A stretch of DNA of 64,000 nucleotides from Candidatus Cloacimonadales bacterium (GTDB lineage Bacteria > Cloacimonadota > Cloacimonadia > G963667145): NCBI GenBank assembly GCA_965228195.1, contig OZ245797.1:452088-516087 (forward strand), given 5' to 3'. Made by a program: the position numbers and the translations under genes. Positions 51,761-61,404 of the stretch are shown here, piece by piece (position 1 is the first letter of the stretch; every line of letters starts with the position of its first letter). The notes under the pieces were generated by a model, which was given only the letters and a program-made list of their open reading frames with translations, ran no database searches and had not been told where the DNA came from.

Positions 51761-53842
51761 ATGTTTAAAAAAATTATCAAAAGAAAAGGCGTAGAGGTCA
51801 ACTTCGACTCGCAGAAGATCACCTCGGCTTTAGTGAAGGCTGGAAAAGCCACTGGCGAGTTCAACCAAAAAATGGCAGAAAAACTCACTCTGAGAGTTCT
51901 CTCTTTGGCTCAATCGACTATCAAAGATAAAACTCCCACAGTGGAAAGTGTGCAAGACATCGTAGAAGAGGTGTTGCTGGCATCTCCTTACAAACACACC
52001 GCCAAGGCTTACATCATCTATCGCGACCAACACTCCAAGATCCGGGATATCGCCTCTGCCTCGGGCGTGAAGATGATCGATAGCTACCTGAAAAAACTGG
52101 ACTGGCAGGTGAAAGAGAACAGCAATATGTGTTACTCTTTGCAAGGTCTGAACAACTACATCGCCTCGGAAGTCAGCAAGATTTACTGGCTGAACGAGAT
52201 CTATCCTGCCAAAATTAAAGACGCTCACTCCAAGGGCGATTTGCATATTCACGATCTGAGCCAACTTTCTGTTTACTGCGTCGGCTGGGATCTAAAAGAT
52301 CTGCTCATGACGGGATTTCAAGGCGTAGAGGGCAAGGTTGCTTGCGCTCCTCCTGCTCATTTCGTCTCCGCTCTGGGTCAAGTGGTCAACTTCTTTTACA
52401 CCTTGCAAGGTGAGGCTAGCGGCGCTCAAGCTTTTGCCAGCTTCGACACGCTTCTGGCTCCTTTTATCGCCTACGACAAGCTCTCCTACCAAGATGTTTA
52501 CCAAGCGATGCAATCTTTCATCTACAACCTCAATGTGCCTACCAGAGTCGGCTTCCAGACGCCTTTTACCAACATCACGATGGACTTAACGATGCCTTCT
52601 TCCTACAAAGACGAGGCGGTCATCATCGGCGGAAAGATGCAGAAGCGAACCTACGGCGAGTTCCAAAAAGAGATGGATATGATCAACAGAGCCTTCCTGG
52701 AGGTGATGAGCGGCGGCGACGCCAACGGGCGCGTGTTCACCTTCCCCATCCCCACCTACAACCTGACCAAAACTTTCGACTGGGAAAACCCCGTTTTGGA
52801 ACACCTGTGGAAAGCCACCGGCAAATACGGCATCCCTTACTTTGCCAACTTCGTCAACTCCAGTATGAACCCCGAAGATATTCGCTCGATGTGTTGTAGA
52901 CTAAACATAGACACCTCCAAGCTAGAGGTTAGAGGCGGTGGACTGTTCGGCTCTTACCCTCTGACCGGCTCTGTGGGCGTGGTGACCATGAATATGCCTC
53001 GCCTTGGCTACCTGTCCAAAGACGAGAACGAGTTCAAAGAACGCCTAGGTGCCCTTATGGACATCGCTTACGAATCTTTGGAGATAAAAAGAAAAATCTT
53101 GGAAAGTTACACCGACAAAAACCTCTACCCTTACTCCAAGTTTTACTTGCGGGGTATGAAACAAAAGAGCGGCAAATTTTGGGTCAACCACTTCTCCACC
53201 ATCGGGCTTGTGGGAATGAACGAGGCTTGCGTCAACCTGTTCGACAAAAACATCGCCAGCCAAGAAGGACAAAAGTTCACCGAGCGAATTATGGACTTTA
53301 TGCGCGACAAACTCTTGGAGTATCAATCCGCATCTGGCAACAACTACAACCTAGAGGCAACCCCTGCCGAGGGCACCAGCTACCGCCTGGCCAAGTTGGA
53401 CAAGGAGATTTACAAAGATATTGTCTCGGCGAGCAAATCGGACGAAAAAGAGCCTTACTACACCAACTCGACGCAGTTGCCCGTGGACTACTCCGACGAC
53501 CTTTTCCAGGTGCTAGCCAAACAAGACGACATCCAAGCCAAATACACCGGCGGAACAGTTGTCCATCTGTATGGTGGCGAGCAGATTACCGACTTTTCCG
53601 TGGTCAAAAACCTAGTCAAGAAAATCAGCGAAAAGCACAAGTTGCCTTACTTCTCCCTCACTCCGACTTTTAGCATCTGCAAAAAACACGGCTACCTATC
53701 TGGCGAAAAGAAGGTTTGTCCCAAATGCGGAAGCGATTGCGAGGTCTACTCCCGCATCGTCGGTTACTTGCGACCTATCAGCCAATGGAACGACGGCAAA
53801 AAGACCGAATACGACGATCGGAAAGTGGTGAAATACCAATGA
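51761..53842 (+). CDS. nrdD: Anaerobic (class III) ribonucleoside-triphosphate reductase with ATP cone
   Basis: IIKR ATP cone, HIHD, SMCCRL, EATPAE, YSRIVGY glycyl-radical motif. Confidence 0.96.
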   Translation: MFKKIIKRKGVEVNFDSQKITSALVKAGKATGEFNQKMAEKLTLRVLSLAQSTIKDKTPTVESVQDIVEEVLLASPYKHTAKAYIIYRDQHSKIRDIASASGVKMIDSYLKKLDWQVKENSNMCYSLQGLNNYIASEVSKIYWLNEIYPAKIKDAHSKGDLHIHDLSQLSVYCVGWDLKDLLMTGFQGVEGKVACAPPAHFVSALGQVVNFFYTLQGEASGAQAFASFDTLLAPFIAYDKLSYQDVYQAMQSFIYNLNVPTRVGFQTPFTNITMDLTMPSSYKDEAVIIGGKMQKRTYGEFQKEMDMINRAFLEVMSGGDANGRVFTFPIPTYNLTKTFDWENPVLEHLWKATGKYGIPYFANFVNSSMNPEDIRSMCCRLNIDTSKLEVRGGGLFGSYPLTGSVGVVTMNMPRLGYLSKDENEFKERLGALMDIAYESLEIKRKILESYTDKNLYPYSKFYLRGMKQKSGKFWVNHFSTIGLVGMNEACVNLFDKNIASQEGQKFTERIMDFMRDKLLEYQSASGNNYNLEATPAEGTSYRLAKLDKEIYKDIVSASKSDEKEPYYTNSTQLPVDYSDDLFQVLAKQDDIQAKYTGGTVVHLYGGEQITDFSVVKNLVKKISEKHKLPYFSLTPTFSICKKHGYLSGEKKVCPKCGSDCEVYSRIVGYLRPISQWNDGKKTEYDDRKVVKYQ

Positions 53843-54513
53843 TTATCGGCGGTCTGCAAAAAGTGTCGATGATAGATTATCCGGGGAAACTCTCGGCTAT
53901 CTTATTTACCAAAGGGTGCAATTTTTTGTGCCCTTTTTGTCACAACGCCCAACTGCTAAAAGAGGACGACACCCAGAGCGTTTACACGCAAGAGGAGATT
54001 TTGGCGTTCCTAAAAACTCGCCAAGGCTTGCTAGATGCGGTGTGTATCAGCGGAGGCGAGCCTTTGCTACAAAGCGACTTGCTTGCTTTTTTGCAAGAGG
54101 TAAAGAAGATGGGTTTCTTGCTCAAGCTGGACACCAACGGCTACTCTCCGACAAAACTGGAGCAAGCTCTGCCCTATGTAGATTATGTGGCTATGGACTT
54201 GAAGGCTCCCTTGACAAAATACCACCTTTTGGCAGGTAAAGATCTGGATACTGCCAAAATAAAGAAAAGCGTCCAGATTATCAAAAAGTTCCCTAAAGAC
54301 AAAGAGTTCCGCACCACGCTTGTTCACCCACTTTTGGTTGTGGAAGATATTGCCAAGATCTACCAAGAGCAGCAGCTAAAGGGGTTTAGCTACTTCTTGC
54401 AAAACTATCGACCCATCGCCGAAGATACCCAAAAGAAGATGTGGGGATTTTCACCACAGGAGCTAGAGCAACTAGCCAAAGAGGTTGCGTGTCAGATAAG
54501 AAGTTCATCTTAA
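53839..54513 (+). CDS. nrdG: Anaerobic RNR activating radical-SAM protein
   Basis: GCNFLCPFCHN, SGGEP, LDTNG; ATGA overlap with nrdD. Confidence 0.92.
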   Translation: MIIGGLQKVSMIDYPGKLSAILFTKGCNFLCPFCHNAQLLKEDDTQSVYTQEEILAFLKTRQGLLDAVCISGGEPLLQSDLLAFLQEVKKMGFLLKLDTNGYSPTKLEQALPYVDYVAMDLKAPLTKYHLLAGKDLDTAKIKKSVQIIKKFPKDKEFRTTLVHPLLVVEDIAKIYQEQQLKGFSYFLQNYRPIAEDTQKKMWGFSPQELEQLAKEVACQIRSSS

Positions 54514-56474
54514 GATCTAGCTTCCAGCCCAAAGGCGACCAACCAGAGGCGATCAAAGAGCTAACCCAGAAGTTCAAATCTGGGCAGCCTTACGCCACGC
54601 TCCTGGGAGTTACCGGATCAGGCAAAACTTTCACCATGGCCAATGTGATCAAAAACCTGAACAAACCGACTCTGATCTTGTGCCACAACAAAACTTTGGC
54701 AGCGCAACTATACGGGGAGTTCAAGCAGTTTTTCCCCGAAAATGCGGTCGAATATTTCGTCTCCTACTACGACTACTACCAGCCCGAGGCTTACATCCCC
54801 GGGCGTGATATCTACATCGAAAAAGATTCCAGCATCAACGAGCAAATAGAGATGCTGCGACTACACACCACCATGAGCCTGTTCGAGCGCCGCGATGTGA
54901 TCGTGGTTGCCAGCGTCTCTTGCATCTATGGACTGGGGATGCCCGACGAGTATTTCAAGGCGGTGGTGGAGGTCAAGCAAGGTCAGCAGATAGAAAGGGA
55001 CGAGCTGATAACCAAGTTGATCGACTCGCACTACCAACGCAACGATTTCGAGTTCGTCCGTGGCGGCATCAGAGTCAAAGGCGACACGGTGGAGATCTAT
55101 CCTGCCTACCTGGAGAACTCGGTGCGCGTAGAGTTCGACTTCGACCACATCTCCAAAATCAGCAGGATAAACCCCTTGGACAACAAGGTTTTGGCTCAGG
55201 TTGACTCTTTCCCCATCTATCCTGCCAACCACTTCATCACCAACGAAGAGCAACAAAAAAGAGCTTTGCACTCCATCAAACAAGAACTCAAAGCCAGAGT
55301 CGCCTACTTCGAGAAAAACAACCAAATCTTGGAAGCACAAAGGATTGAGCAGCGAACAAACTTCGATCTGGAGATGATCAGCGAAATCGGCTACTGCTCT
55401 GGGATAGAAAACTACTCTTACCATCTGACGGGCGGAAAACCCGGACAGACACCGGTGTGCCTGCTCAACTACTTCCCAAAAGATTTTTTGACCATCATCG
55501 ACGAGTCCCATGTGAGCATCCCCCAAGTCAGGGCGATGTTCGGCGGCGACTACGCCCGCAAGAAGAACTTGGTGGAACACGGTTTTCGCCTACCTTGCTC
55601 TTTCGACAATCGTCCCTTGCGCTTTGAAGAGTTTGAGCAAAAAAATAAGATGACCCTTTTCGTCTCGGCGACTCCTGCCGATTACGAGCTTGAGAAAACC
55701 CAAGGCGAGTTTACCGAGCAGATAGTGCGTCCCACCGGACTCTTGGATCCCAAAATAGTCATCAGCCCGATTGGAAATCAGGTGGACGACTTGCTAGAGC
55801 GACTAAGACAAGTTATTGCCAAAAACCAGGTGGCTCTGGTGGCAACCCTGACCCAAAAGATGAGCGAAGACCTAACCGACTACCTCAAGAATGCGGGCAT
55901 CAAAGCCGAGTATATGCACAGCAAGACCAAAACTGCCCAGAGAACCAAGATTATTCGCAACCTCCGCCTGAAAAAGCTGGATGTCATCGTGGGGGTAAAC
56001 TTACTGCGAGAAGGGCTCGATATGCCCGAGGTCTCTTTGGTGGCAATCTTGGACGCCGACAAAACGGGCTTCTTGCGCTCACAAAGAGCTTTAATCCAGA
56101 CCGCCGGCAGAGCTGCCAGAAACGCCGAAGGAGTGGTGGTGTTTTACGCCGACGAGATTAGCGACGCCATCGCCAAGACGGTGGAAGAGACACAAAGGCG
56201 CCGAGAAAAACAGATCGAATACAACCAAAAGCACCACATCGTCCCCAAAACGATCGCCAAGACGATGCAAGAGATTTTGGACGCCACCAAAGTGGCTCAA
56301 GAAGCGGACACCGCAAAAGCTCCCTCTATAGAAGAGTACCTAAAGGTGGACTCGGCTGAGTCTGCCCAAACACTACTCAAGAAAGAGATGCTGGCAGCTG
56401 CCAAAGCTATGGAGTTCGAAAAAGCTGCTGCCATCAAAGATAAACTTCTGGAGATGGGTGCCGACTTGGGCTAA
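54489..56474 (+). CDS. uvrB: Excinuclease ABC subunit B
   Basis: GDQP, GVTGSGKT, YYDYYQPEAY, DESH, UVR tail; GTG start with GAGG upstream. Confidence 0.98.
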   Translation: MSDKKFILRSSFQPKGDQPEAIKELTQKFKSGQPYATLLGVTGSGKTFTMANVIKNLNKPTLILCHNKTLAAQLYGEFKQFFPENAVEYFVSYYDYYQPEAYIPGRDIYIEKDSSINEQIEMLRLHTTMSLFERRDVIVVASVSCIYGLGMPDEYFKAVVEVKQGQQIERDELITKLIDSHYQRNDFEFVRGGIRVKGDTVEIYPAYLENSVRVEFDFDHISKISRINPLDNKVLAQVDSFPIYPANHFITNEEQQKRALHSIKQELKARVAYFEKNNQILEAQRIEQRTNFDLEMISEIGYCSGIENYSYHLTGGKPGQTPVCLLNYFPKDFLTIIDESHVSIPQVRAMFGGDYARKKNLVEHGFRLPCSFDNRPLRFEEFEQKNKMTLFVSATPADYELEKTQGEFTEQIVRPTGLLDPKIVISPIGNQVDDLLERLRQVIAKNQVALVATLTQKMSEDLTDYLKNAGIKAEYMHSKTKTAQRTKIIRNLRLKKLDVIVGVNLLREGLDMPEVSLVAILDADKTGFLRSQRALIQTAGRAARNAEGVVVFYADEISDAIAKTVEETQRRREKQIEYNQKHHIVPKTIAKTMQEILDATKVAQEADTAKAPSIEEYLKVDSAESAQTLLKKEMLAAAKAMEFEKAAAIKDKLLEMGADLG

Positions 56475-56497
56475 TTGTCGGGTGACCTAGAAAAAAG

Positions 56498-58651
56498 TTA
56501 AAACTTATCTACAAAAGTGCCGACAATCTTCTTGAGCTGACCTCCATTAAAAGAGATGGTCAGCTTGGCGTCTTTGCCAGAACCACTGACGGTCAAAACT
56601 TCGCCCTGCCCGAACTTCTTGTGGATGACAATATCCTTGACTTTATAAAAACTTTTCCCACCAACATTGACGATGCGTGGCGACCTCTTGCGCTCTTTCT
56701 CTTCGTATTTTTTGCCAAAAACGAAAGATTGCTTTTTGTTGCTACTCTTGCAAAGCTTCTTGTCGAACTCGTCCAAAAACCTGCTCTTGTCGGTTATTTC
56801 GGTCTTGAAGCCACCTGAGGCAAACTTACGCCGCTCGCGGCAAAAAGTAAGGACGAGGTTTTTCTTGGCTCTGGTAATCGCCACATAAAGGAGCCTTCTC
56901 TCCTCTTGTAAACCTGGCTGCTCTGACATAGACAGATAGTGAGGCAAAATGCCCTCTTCCACTCCCAAGATGAAAACGTTCTCAAACTCCAACCCCTTGG
57001 CGTTGTGGATAGTCATCAGCTGCACTTTGCCCAGCTCGTTGTGATCGTCCTCCACCGAAGATTGCAAGCTGATGCTCTCCAAAAAATCGCTCAGTAGCGG
57101 ATAAGTGCCGTGCATCTTGAAGAAGTTCTCGCAAAAATTTTCGGTCATCATCAAAAACTCGTTAACGTTCTCACCCTTAGAAAGGCTGGTGTCGGTCTCT
57201 TTGCGCTGATAAAAGTCGATGAGTTTGGTATCGGCAATGATCTCTTCTACCAAAGCCAAAGGCGAGATGACTTGCGAATCTTCTTGCCAACCGCGCATCT
57301 TGGCAGCCAGATCGATCATCGCCTCACGAGAAGAGGTAGCCACCAACAGCGGGTCTGCGGAGGTCAACTCCAAGAAAGTTTTGCCACTGTCTTTCAAGTA
57401 GCCGAGCATCTTGTTCACACTCACCGAGCCGATGCCTCTGGTGGGCACATTGATGATCCGTTGCAAACTGTAGATATCACTAGGGTTATACAAAACCTTC
57501 AGGTAAGAGATGAGATCTTTTATCTCCGAGCGAGAAAAAAATTCGGTGCCGCCTCGAACAACATAAGGAATTTTCTTTTCGACTAACACATTTTCTAAGA
57601 TGCGCGACTGCGAGTTTATCCGATACAAGATGGCAGTGTTTTGGTAGTCGGCGATCTTTTTGATCTCCTTGACGATAAACTTGGCTTCCATATACTCATC
57701 GCTCAGAGCTTTGATGCTGGGCAAGTTGCCCTTAAACCCTTCTTTTGCCAAAAGTTTTTTCTCGTGGCGTTGCGAGTTGTTTTTTATCAAGCCGTTGGCT
57801 AAGTCCAAGATTTGTTGAGTAGAGCGATAGTTTTGCTCTAGCATCACCGTTTTCACCGGGGCAAAATCTTCTTCGAAGCTGAAAAGGTTAGTGAAGTTGG
57901 CTCCTCGCCAAGAGTAGATCGACTGGTCGTCGTCCCCCACAACGCAGATGTTTTGCCCTTTACTCCACAGATTTTTCAGCAACTGATATTGAGCAAGGTT
58001 GGTGTCTTGAAACTCATCCACCATAATATAACGAAACTGGCGTTGATACCTTTCTCGCACCGCTTTGTCTTTTTTCAGGAGTTGAACGGTTTTCATCAGC
58101 AGATCGTCGAAATCTAAGGAGTTGTTGTTTTCCAAAAGTGCCTGATACCTTTTGTAGATAGAGGCGGTTGTCCGCACATAAAAGGTGTCTTCGTTACACT
58201 TGGCGTAATCTTCTGGACCAATTAGCTTGTTTTTGTGGTTGGAGATAGAAGACATCATCTTCACATAAGAAAATCTACGAGGGTCGATGCTCAAATCTTT
58301 CAAGATCGATTTGGCGATGCCTCGCTGGTCTTTACTGTCGGTAATGGTGAAGTTGTTTTTCACCCCGATCTTATCGCCGTCTATTCGCAAGATCCTGGCA
58401 CAGATAGAGTGGAAAGTCCCCACCCAAGGCCACGATAGCTGGCTGTTATCTTCTTTCAATCTCTCTTTCAACTCAGAAGCTGCTTTATTGGTGAAGGTGA
58501 CGATCAAGATGTTTCTGGGATCGACCCCGCTTGCCGCTATTTGTCCTGCTCTGGCGGTGATACATCTGGTTTTACCACTACCGGCTCCGGCTATTACCAA
58601 TAAATTTTGCTCTAAGCTCTCTACAATCTCTTTTTGCCTTTCGTTTAGCAT
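56498..58651 (-). CDS. pcrA: UvrD/PcrA SF1 DNA helicase
   Basis: AGAGSGKT, VDEFQD, GDDDQSIY.WRGA, QNYRS, AKGLEF, EERRL.YVAITRA, Tudor-like tail. Confidence 0.93.
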   Translation of the reverse strand: MLNERQKEIVESLEQNLLVIAGAGSGKTRCITARAGQIAASGVDPRNILIVTFTNKAASELKERLKEDNSQLSWPWVGTFHSICARILRIDGDKIGVKNNFTITDSKDQRGIAKSILKDLSIDPRRFSYVKMMSSISNHKNKLIGPEDYAKCNEDTFYVRTTASIYKRYQALLENNNSLDFDDLLMKTVQLLKKDKAVRERYQRQFRYIMVDEFQDTNLAQYQLLKNLWSKGQNICVVGDDDQSIYSWRGANFTNLFSFEEDFAPVKTVMLEQNYRSTQQILDLANGLIKNNSQRHEKKLLAKEGFKGNLPSIKALSDEYMEAKFIVKEIKKIADYQNTAILYRINSQSRILENVLVEKKIPYVVRGGTEFFSRSEIKDLISYLKVLYNPSDIYSLQRIINVPTRGIGSVSVNKMLGYLKDSGKTFLELTSADPLLVATSSREAMIDLAAKMRGWQEDSQVISPLALVEEIIADTKLIDFYQRKETDTSLSKGENVNEFLMMTENFCENFFKMHGTYPLLSDFLESISLQSSVEDDHNELGKVQLMTIHNAKGLEFENVFILGVEEGILPHYLSMSEQPGLQEERRLLYVAITRAKKNLVLTFCRERRKFASGGFKTEITDKSRFLDEFDKKLCKSSNKKQSFVFGKKYEEKERKRSPRIVNVGGKSFYKVKDIVIHKKFGQGEVLTVSGSGKDAKLTISFNGGQLKKIVGTFVDKF

Positions 58652-58800
58652 TAAAAAAACCCCTTGTTTCCAAAAAAAATACTTTTCTAACGAAAACGAT
58701 TTGGTTAAACTGTCAAGCTTTGTTTGTGACAAGTGTGTCTAAAAAAAATGCTGGACAAGAAAAAAGAACAGCGATTGTGTGGGGAAAAGTAGAGAGAATT

Positions 58801-59667
58801 ATGAAAAACGAGATAATAGTTTATCAGTCAAAAGAGCTCCTTTCGCGCATCGAAGTAAGAATTGAAAACGATACAGTTTGGCTTAACCGACAGCAAATAG
58901 CTACTCTTTTCAAAAGGGATGTAAAGACTATTGGAAAGCATATTAACAATGTCTTTTCAGAAGGAGAATTGATTAAAGAAGTGGTTGTCGCAAAATTTGC
59001 GACAACCACTCAACACGGTGCTATCAAAGGAAAAACGCAAACTATTAAAGTGGAATATTATAATCTCGATGTTATAATATCTGTTGGGTATCGAGTAAAA
59101 TCAAAGCAAGGCACGCAATTCAGAATATGGGCAAATAAAATTTTGAAAGATTATTTGCTGAAAGGATACTCATTAAACAAGCGAATAAATAGAATTGAAG
59201 ATAGCGTTCACTCTCTGGCTAAAAAAGTTGATAGTATCGATTTGCAAATAAACACTAGCTTGCCGCCCAAGCAAGGCATATTTTTTGAGGGGCAGATTTT
59301 CGACGCTTACGCCTTCGTTTGCGACATTATAAAAGGAGCAAAAAAATCGATTATCCTTATCGACAACTATGTGGACGAAAGCGTGTTAATGCTACTCTCG
59401 AAGCGGCACTCAGGCGTGGTAGCAACCGTTTACACCAAGCCGAACAAAAGGCTAACTTTGGATCTAAAAAAACACAACCAGCAATACCCTAAAATAAGCA
59501 TAAAAAGTCTAAACAAATCTCACGACCGTTTTATAATTGTTGATAATCAAACGGTTTACCACTTTGGGGCAAGCCTTAAGGATTTAGGCAAAAAATGGTT
59601 TGCCTTTTCCAAAATGGAGATGGATGCCAAAGAGATTGTGGAGAAGCTATCTAATCTGACCACATAA
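58801..59667 (+). CDS. RhuM-family N-terminal domain fused to PLD-like (HDRF) C-terminal domain
   Basis: YNLDVIISVGYRVKS...FRIWA; IFFEGQIFDAY, LIDNY, SHDRFII..D, GASLKDLGKK. Confidence 0.85.
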   Translation: MKNEIIVYQSKELLSRIEVRIENDTVWLNRQQIATLFKRDVKTIGKHINNVFSEGELIKEVVVAKFATTTQHGAIKGKTQTIKVEYYNLDVIISVGYRVKSKQGTQFRIWANKILKDYLLKGYSLNKRINRIEDSVHSLAKKVDSIDLQINTSLPPKQGIFFEGQIFDAYAFVCDIIKGAKKSIILIDNYVDESVLMLLSKRHSGVVATVYTKPNKRLTLDLKKHNQQYPKISIKSLNKSHDRFIIVDNQTVYHFGASLKDLGKKWFAFSKMEMDAKEIVEKLSNLTT

Positions 59668-59822
59668 ATACGGCTAATCAATCAAGAATTCATTTATGTG
59701 GTCAGGCAATTGATAAGTTACAGTGGTTAATTGTTAATTAAAAATAAAAGTGAAAAAATTAACACCATCACTTAGTGAGGAAAGGATGGGGTGGAATTTT
59801 TCATTTTTCATTTCCAATTTTT
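59656..59822. repeat. ~170-bp direct repeat, copy 1
   Basis: Same as 60262-60435 except one substitution and one fewer TTTTCAT unit. Confidence 0.95.
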
Positions 59823-59834
59823 AATTTGGCTATG

Positions 59835-60261
59835 GCTCGCTAGAGCCAAAGCCTTTGGGGTGGTATTCTCCGCTTCATCGAGGTCACTTATTTTCACTTG
59901 CTCGGTTGAGCAGAGACACTTGGCACTCTCTTTGGGTTGAAAATGCAGAGACCAAAGTGATTAGCCAGTCAGGAACAAATCTCGGAGATGCTCCCCACCA
60001 CGGTAATCTGTAAGACATCTCACGACCTGTCTCTAGCGAGTTGAAGCGGAGCGGTTTTCTTTTCTCTCCCCTCTCTTTTCGTTGAGCGTTCAACGAAAAG
60101 AGAGGGACTCACCGTAGGTAAACCACTCGATGAAAGCGACAAGAGTAAGCCCTCCGCAGGAGAAGTAATAATAATTTACTTAGCAAAACAAGGAAGGGAA
60201 CGGGTGCTTACCTGCCCCGCAAAAAAGAATAGCCCCCCACAGGCTTTGTCGCTTCCGCTCC
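59835..60261. other. Highly self-complementary non-coding element (structured RNA/ssDNA or MITE-like; unassigned)
   Basis: Several perfect 9-17 bp complementary pairs and a 17/20 terminal inverted repeat; no credible ORF. Confidence 0.55.
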
Positions 60262-60435
60262 CTGACCACATAAATACGGCTAATCAATCAAGAATTCATT
60301 TATGTGGTCAGGCAATTGATAAGTTACAGTGGATAATTGTTAATTAAAAATAAAAGTGAAAAAATTAACACCATCACTTAGTGAGGAAAGGATGGGGTGG
60401 AATTTTTCATTTTTCATTTTTCATTTCCAATTTTT
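60262..60435. repeat. ~170-bp direct repeat, copy 2
   Basis: Matches 59656-59822. Confidence 0.95.
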
Positions 60436-60529
60436 TCTTTTCTGACACCAAAATAGTTGCTAATCATTTTTTGCTTATATTTTGGTGTCAGATTTAATTA
60501 TGACTCGTCTAAAGACAAAAATATTCCCA

Positions 60530-61390
60530 CTAAAACCGATACATCAACATCGAGGTCAGTTTGTTGGTGGTGGTTTTCTCGATGGCAGGGGAGTTTTTGG
60601 CATCACCCAGATAATACTCCCTGTTGAAGCCAAGGATGAGCATCCACTTTTTGTTGATCATAAGGTTACTTGAAAAAGAGTAAGAAAAGCTGTGCAGCCC
60701 ACCTTCAGCCGAGTAGGTCGTCTTACCGTCTTGATCGTAATAGTCCAGATAAGCTCGGGCGAAGTTGTCGTCCATCACCGAGAGCATCACCTTGGCTTTG
60801 ATCCCCCAAAATCGCGGTTTGACCATTATCGGGAAGCCAGGCGACTCCAAAGAGAACTCCCAGAAATGAGCGTCGATATCTTCGTTGTTTTTCAAGGGAT
60901 GAACTATCTTGACAGGAGCGTAGAAGTAATCGACGCGGAAGAAATAGGCGGCTACTCCCACCTTGGCTTTGAGATCGTTTATCACGCTGGTTTTGTAACC
61001 CGAGGTCGATTTTTCGCTATCTCTTTTCCAGCCAGCCACCAGTCCCAATGAGCTCTCTATCGCTTCGTCCAAGAAGAGATATTTTGCCTCCACCCCCAGC
61101 CCTTTCATGCCTATCTCCCAACTTTTTTGCTTGTAACCAACTGAAAAGAAAGGAAACCCAAGCAGCTCGTCCTCTTTGTCTCCAGGATTTTTTGCTCCGT
61201 AAAAAGCGAAAGCTCCTGCCACAAACCCCCAACCAAGCTTCTTGGGACGACGCTTGCCTTTGGTTACCACCTTCTTGTGCTCTTTGTCCACCACCATCAC
61301 CGGAGGTTTAGGATTTTCTAAAACGGTTAAATTTTCGGCAAACAACCCCGTGCATAACAAACAACTTGCCAAGAGCAAAAATTTTCTCAT
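60530..61390 (-). CDS. Outer-membrane protein, MipA/OmpV-like
   Basis: Signal peptide, DDNFARAY...YSAEGG...DAKNSP, C-terminal YRF. Confidence 0.65.
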   Translation of the reverse strand: MRKFLLLASCLLCTGLFAENLTVLENPKPPVMVVDKEHKKVVTKGKRRPKKLGWGFVAGAFAFYGAKNPGDKEDELLGFPFFSVGYKQKSWEIGMKGLGVEAKYLFLDEAIESSLGLVAGWKRDSEKSTSGYKTSVINDLKAKVGVAAYFFRVDYFYAPVKIVHPLKNNEDIDAHFWEFSLESPGFPIMVKPRFWGIKAKVMLSVMDDNFARAYLDYYDQDGKTTYSAEGGLHSFSYSFSSNLMINKKWMLILGFNREYYLGDAKNSPAIEKTTTNKLTSMLMYRF

Positions 61391-61404
61391 TCTTCTCCTT
61401 ATTA

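Noticed and set aside
27590-58742. Long antisense or alternative-frame ORFs over uvrA, thrS, nrdD, uvrB and pcrA
   Set aside because: They fully overlap well-supported conserved genes and lack recognisable motifs.
59884-60093. 69-aa ORF in the structured element
   Set aside because: No RBS or family motif; it overlaps strong palindromes.
59776-60261. RNase P RNA, tmRNA or group II intron
   Set aside because: GAGGAAAG is not followed by TCC; no tRNA-like ends or tag peptide; no recognisable domain V.
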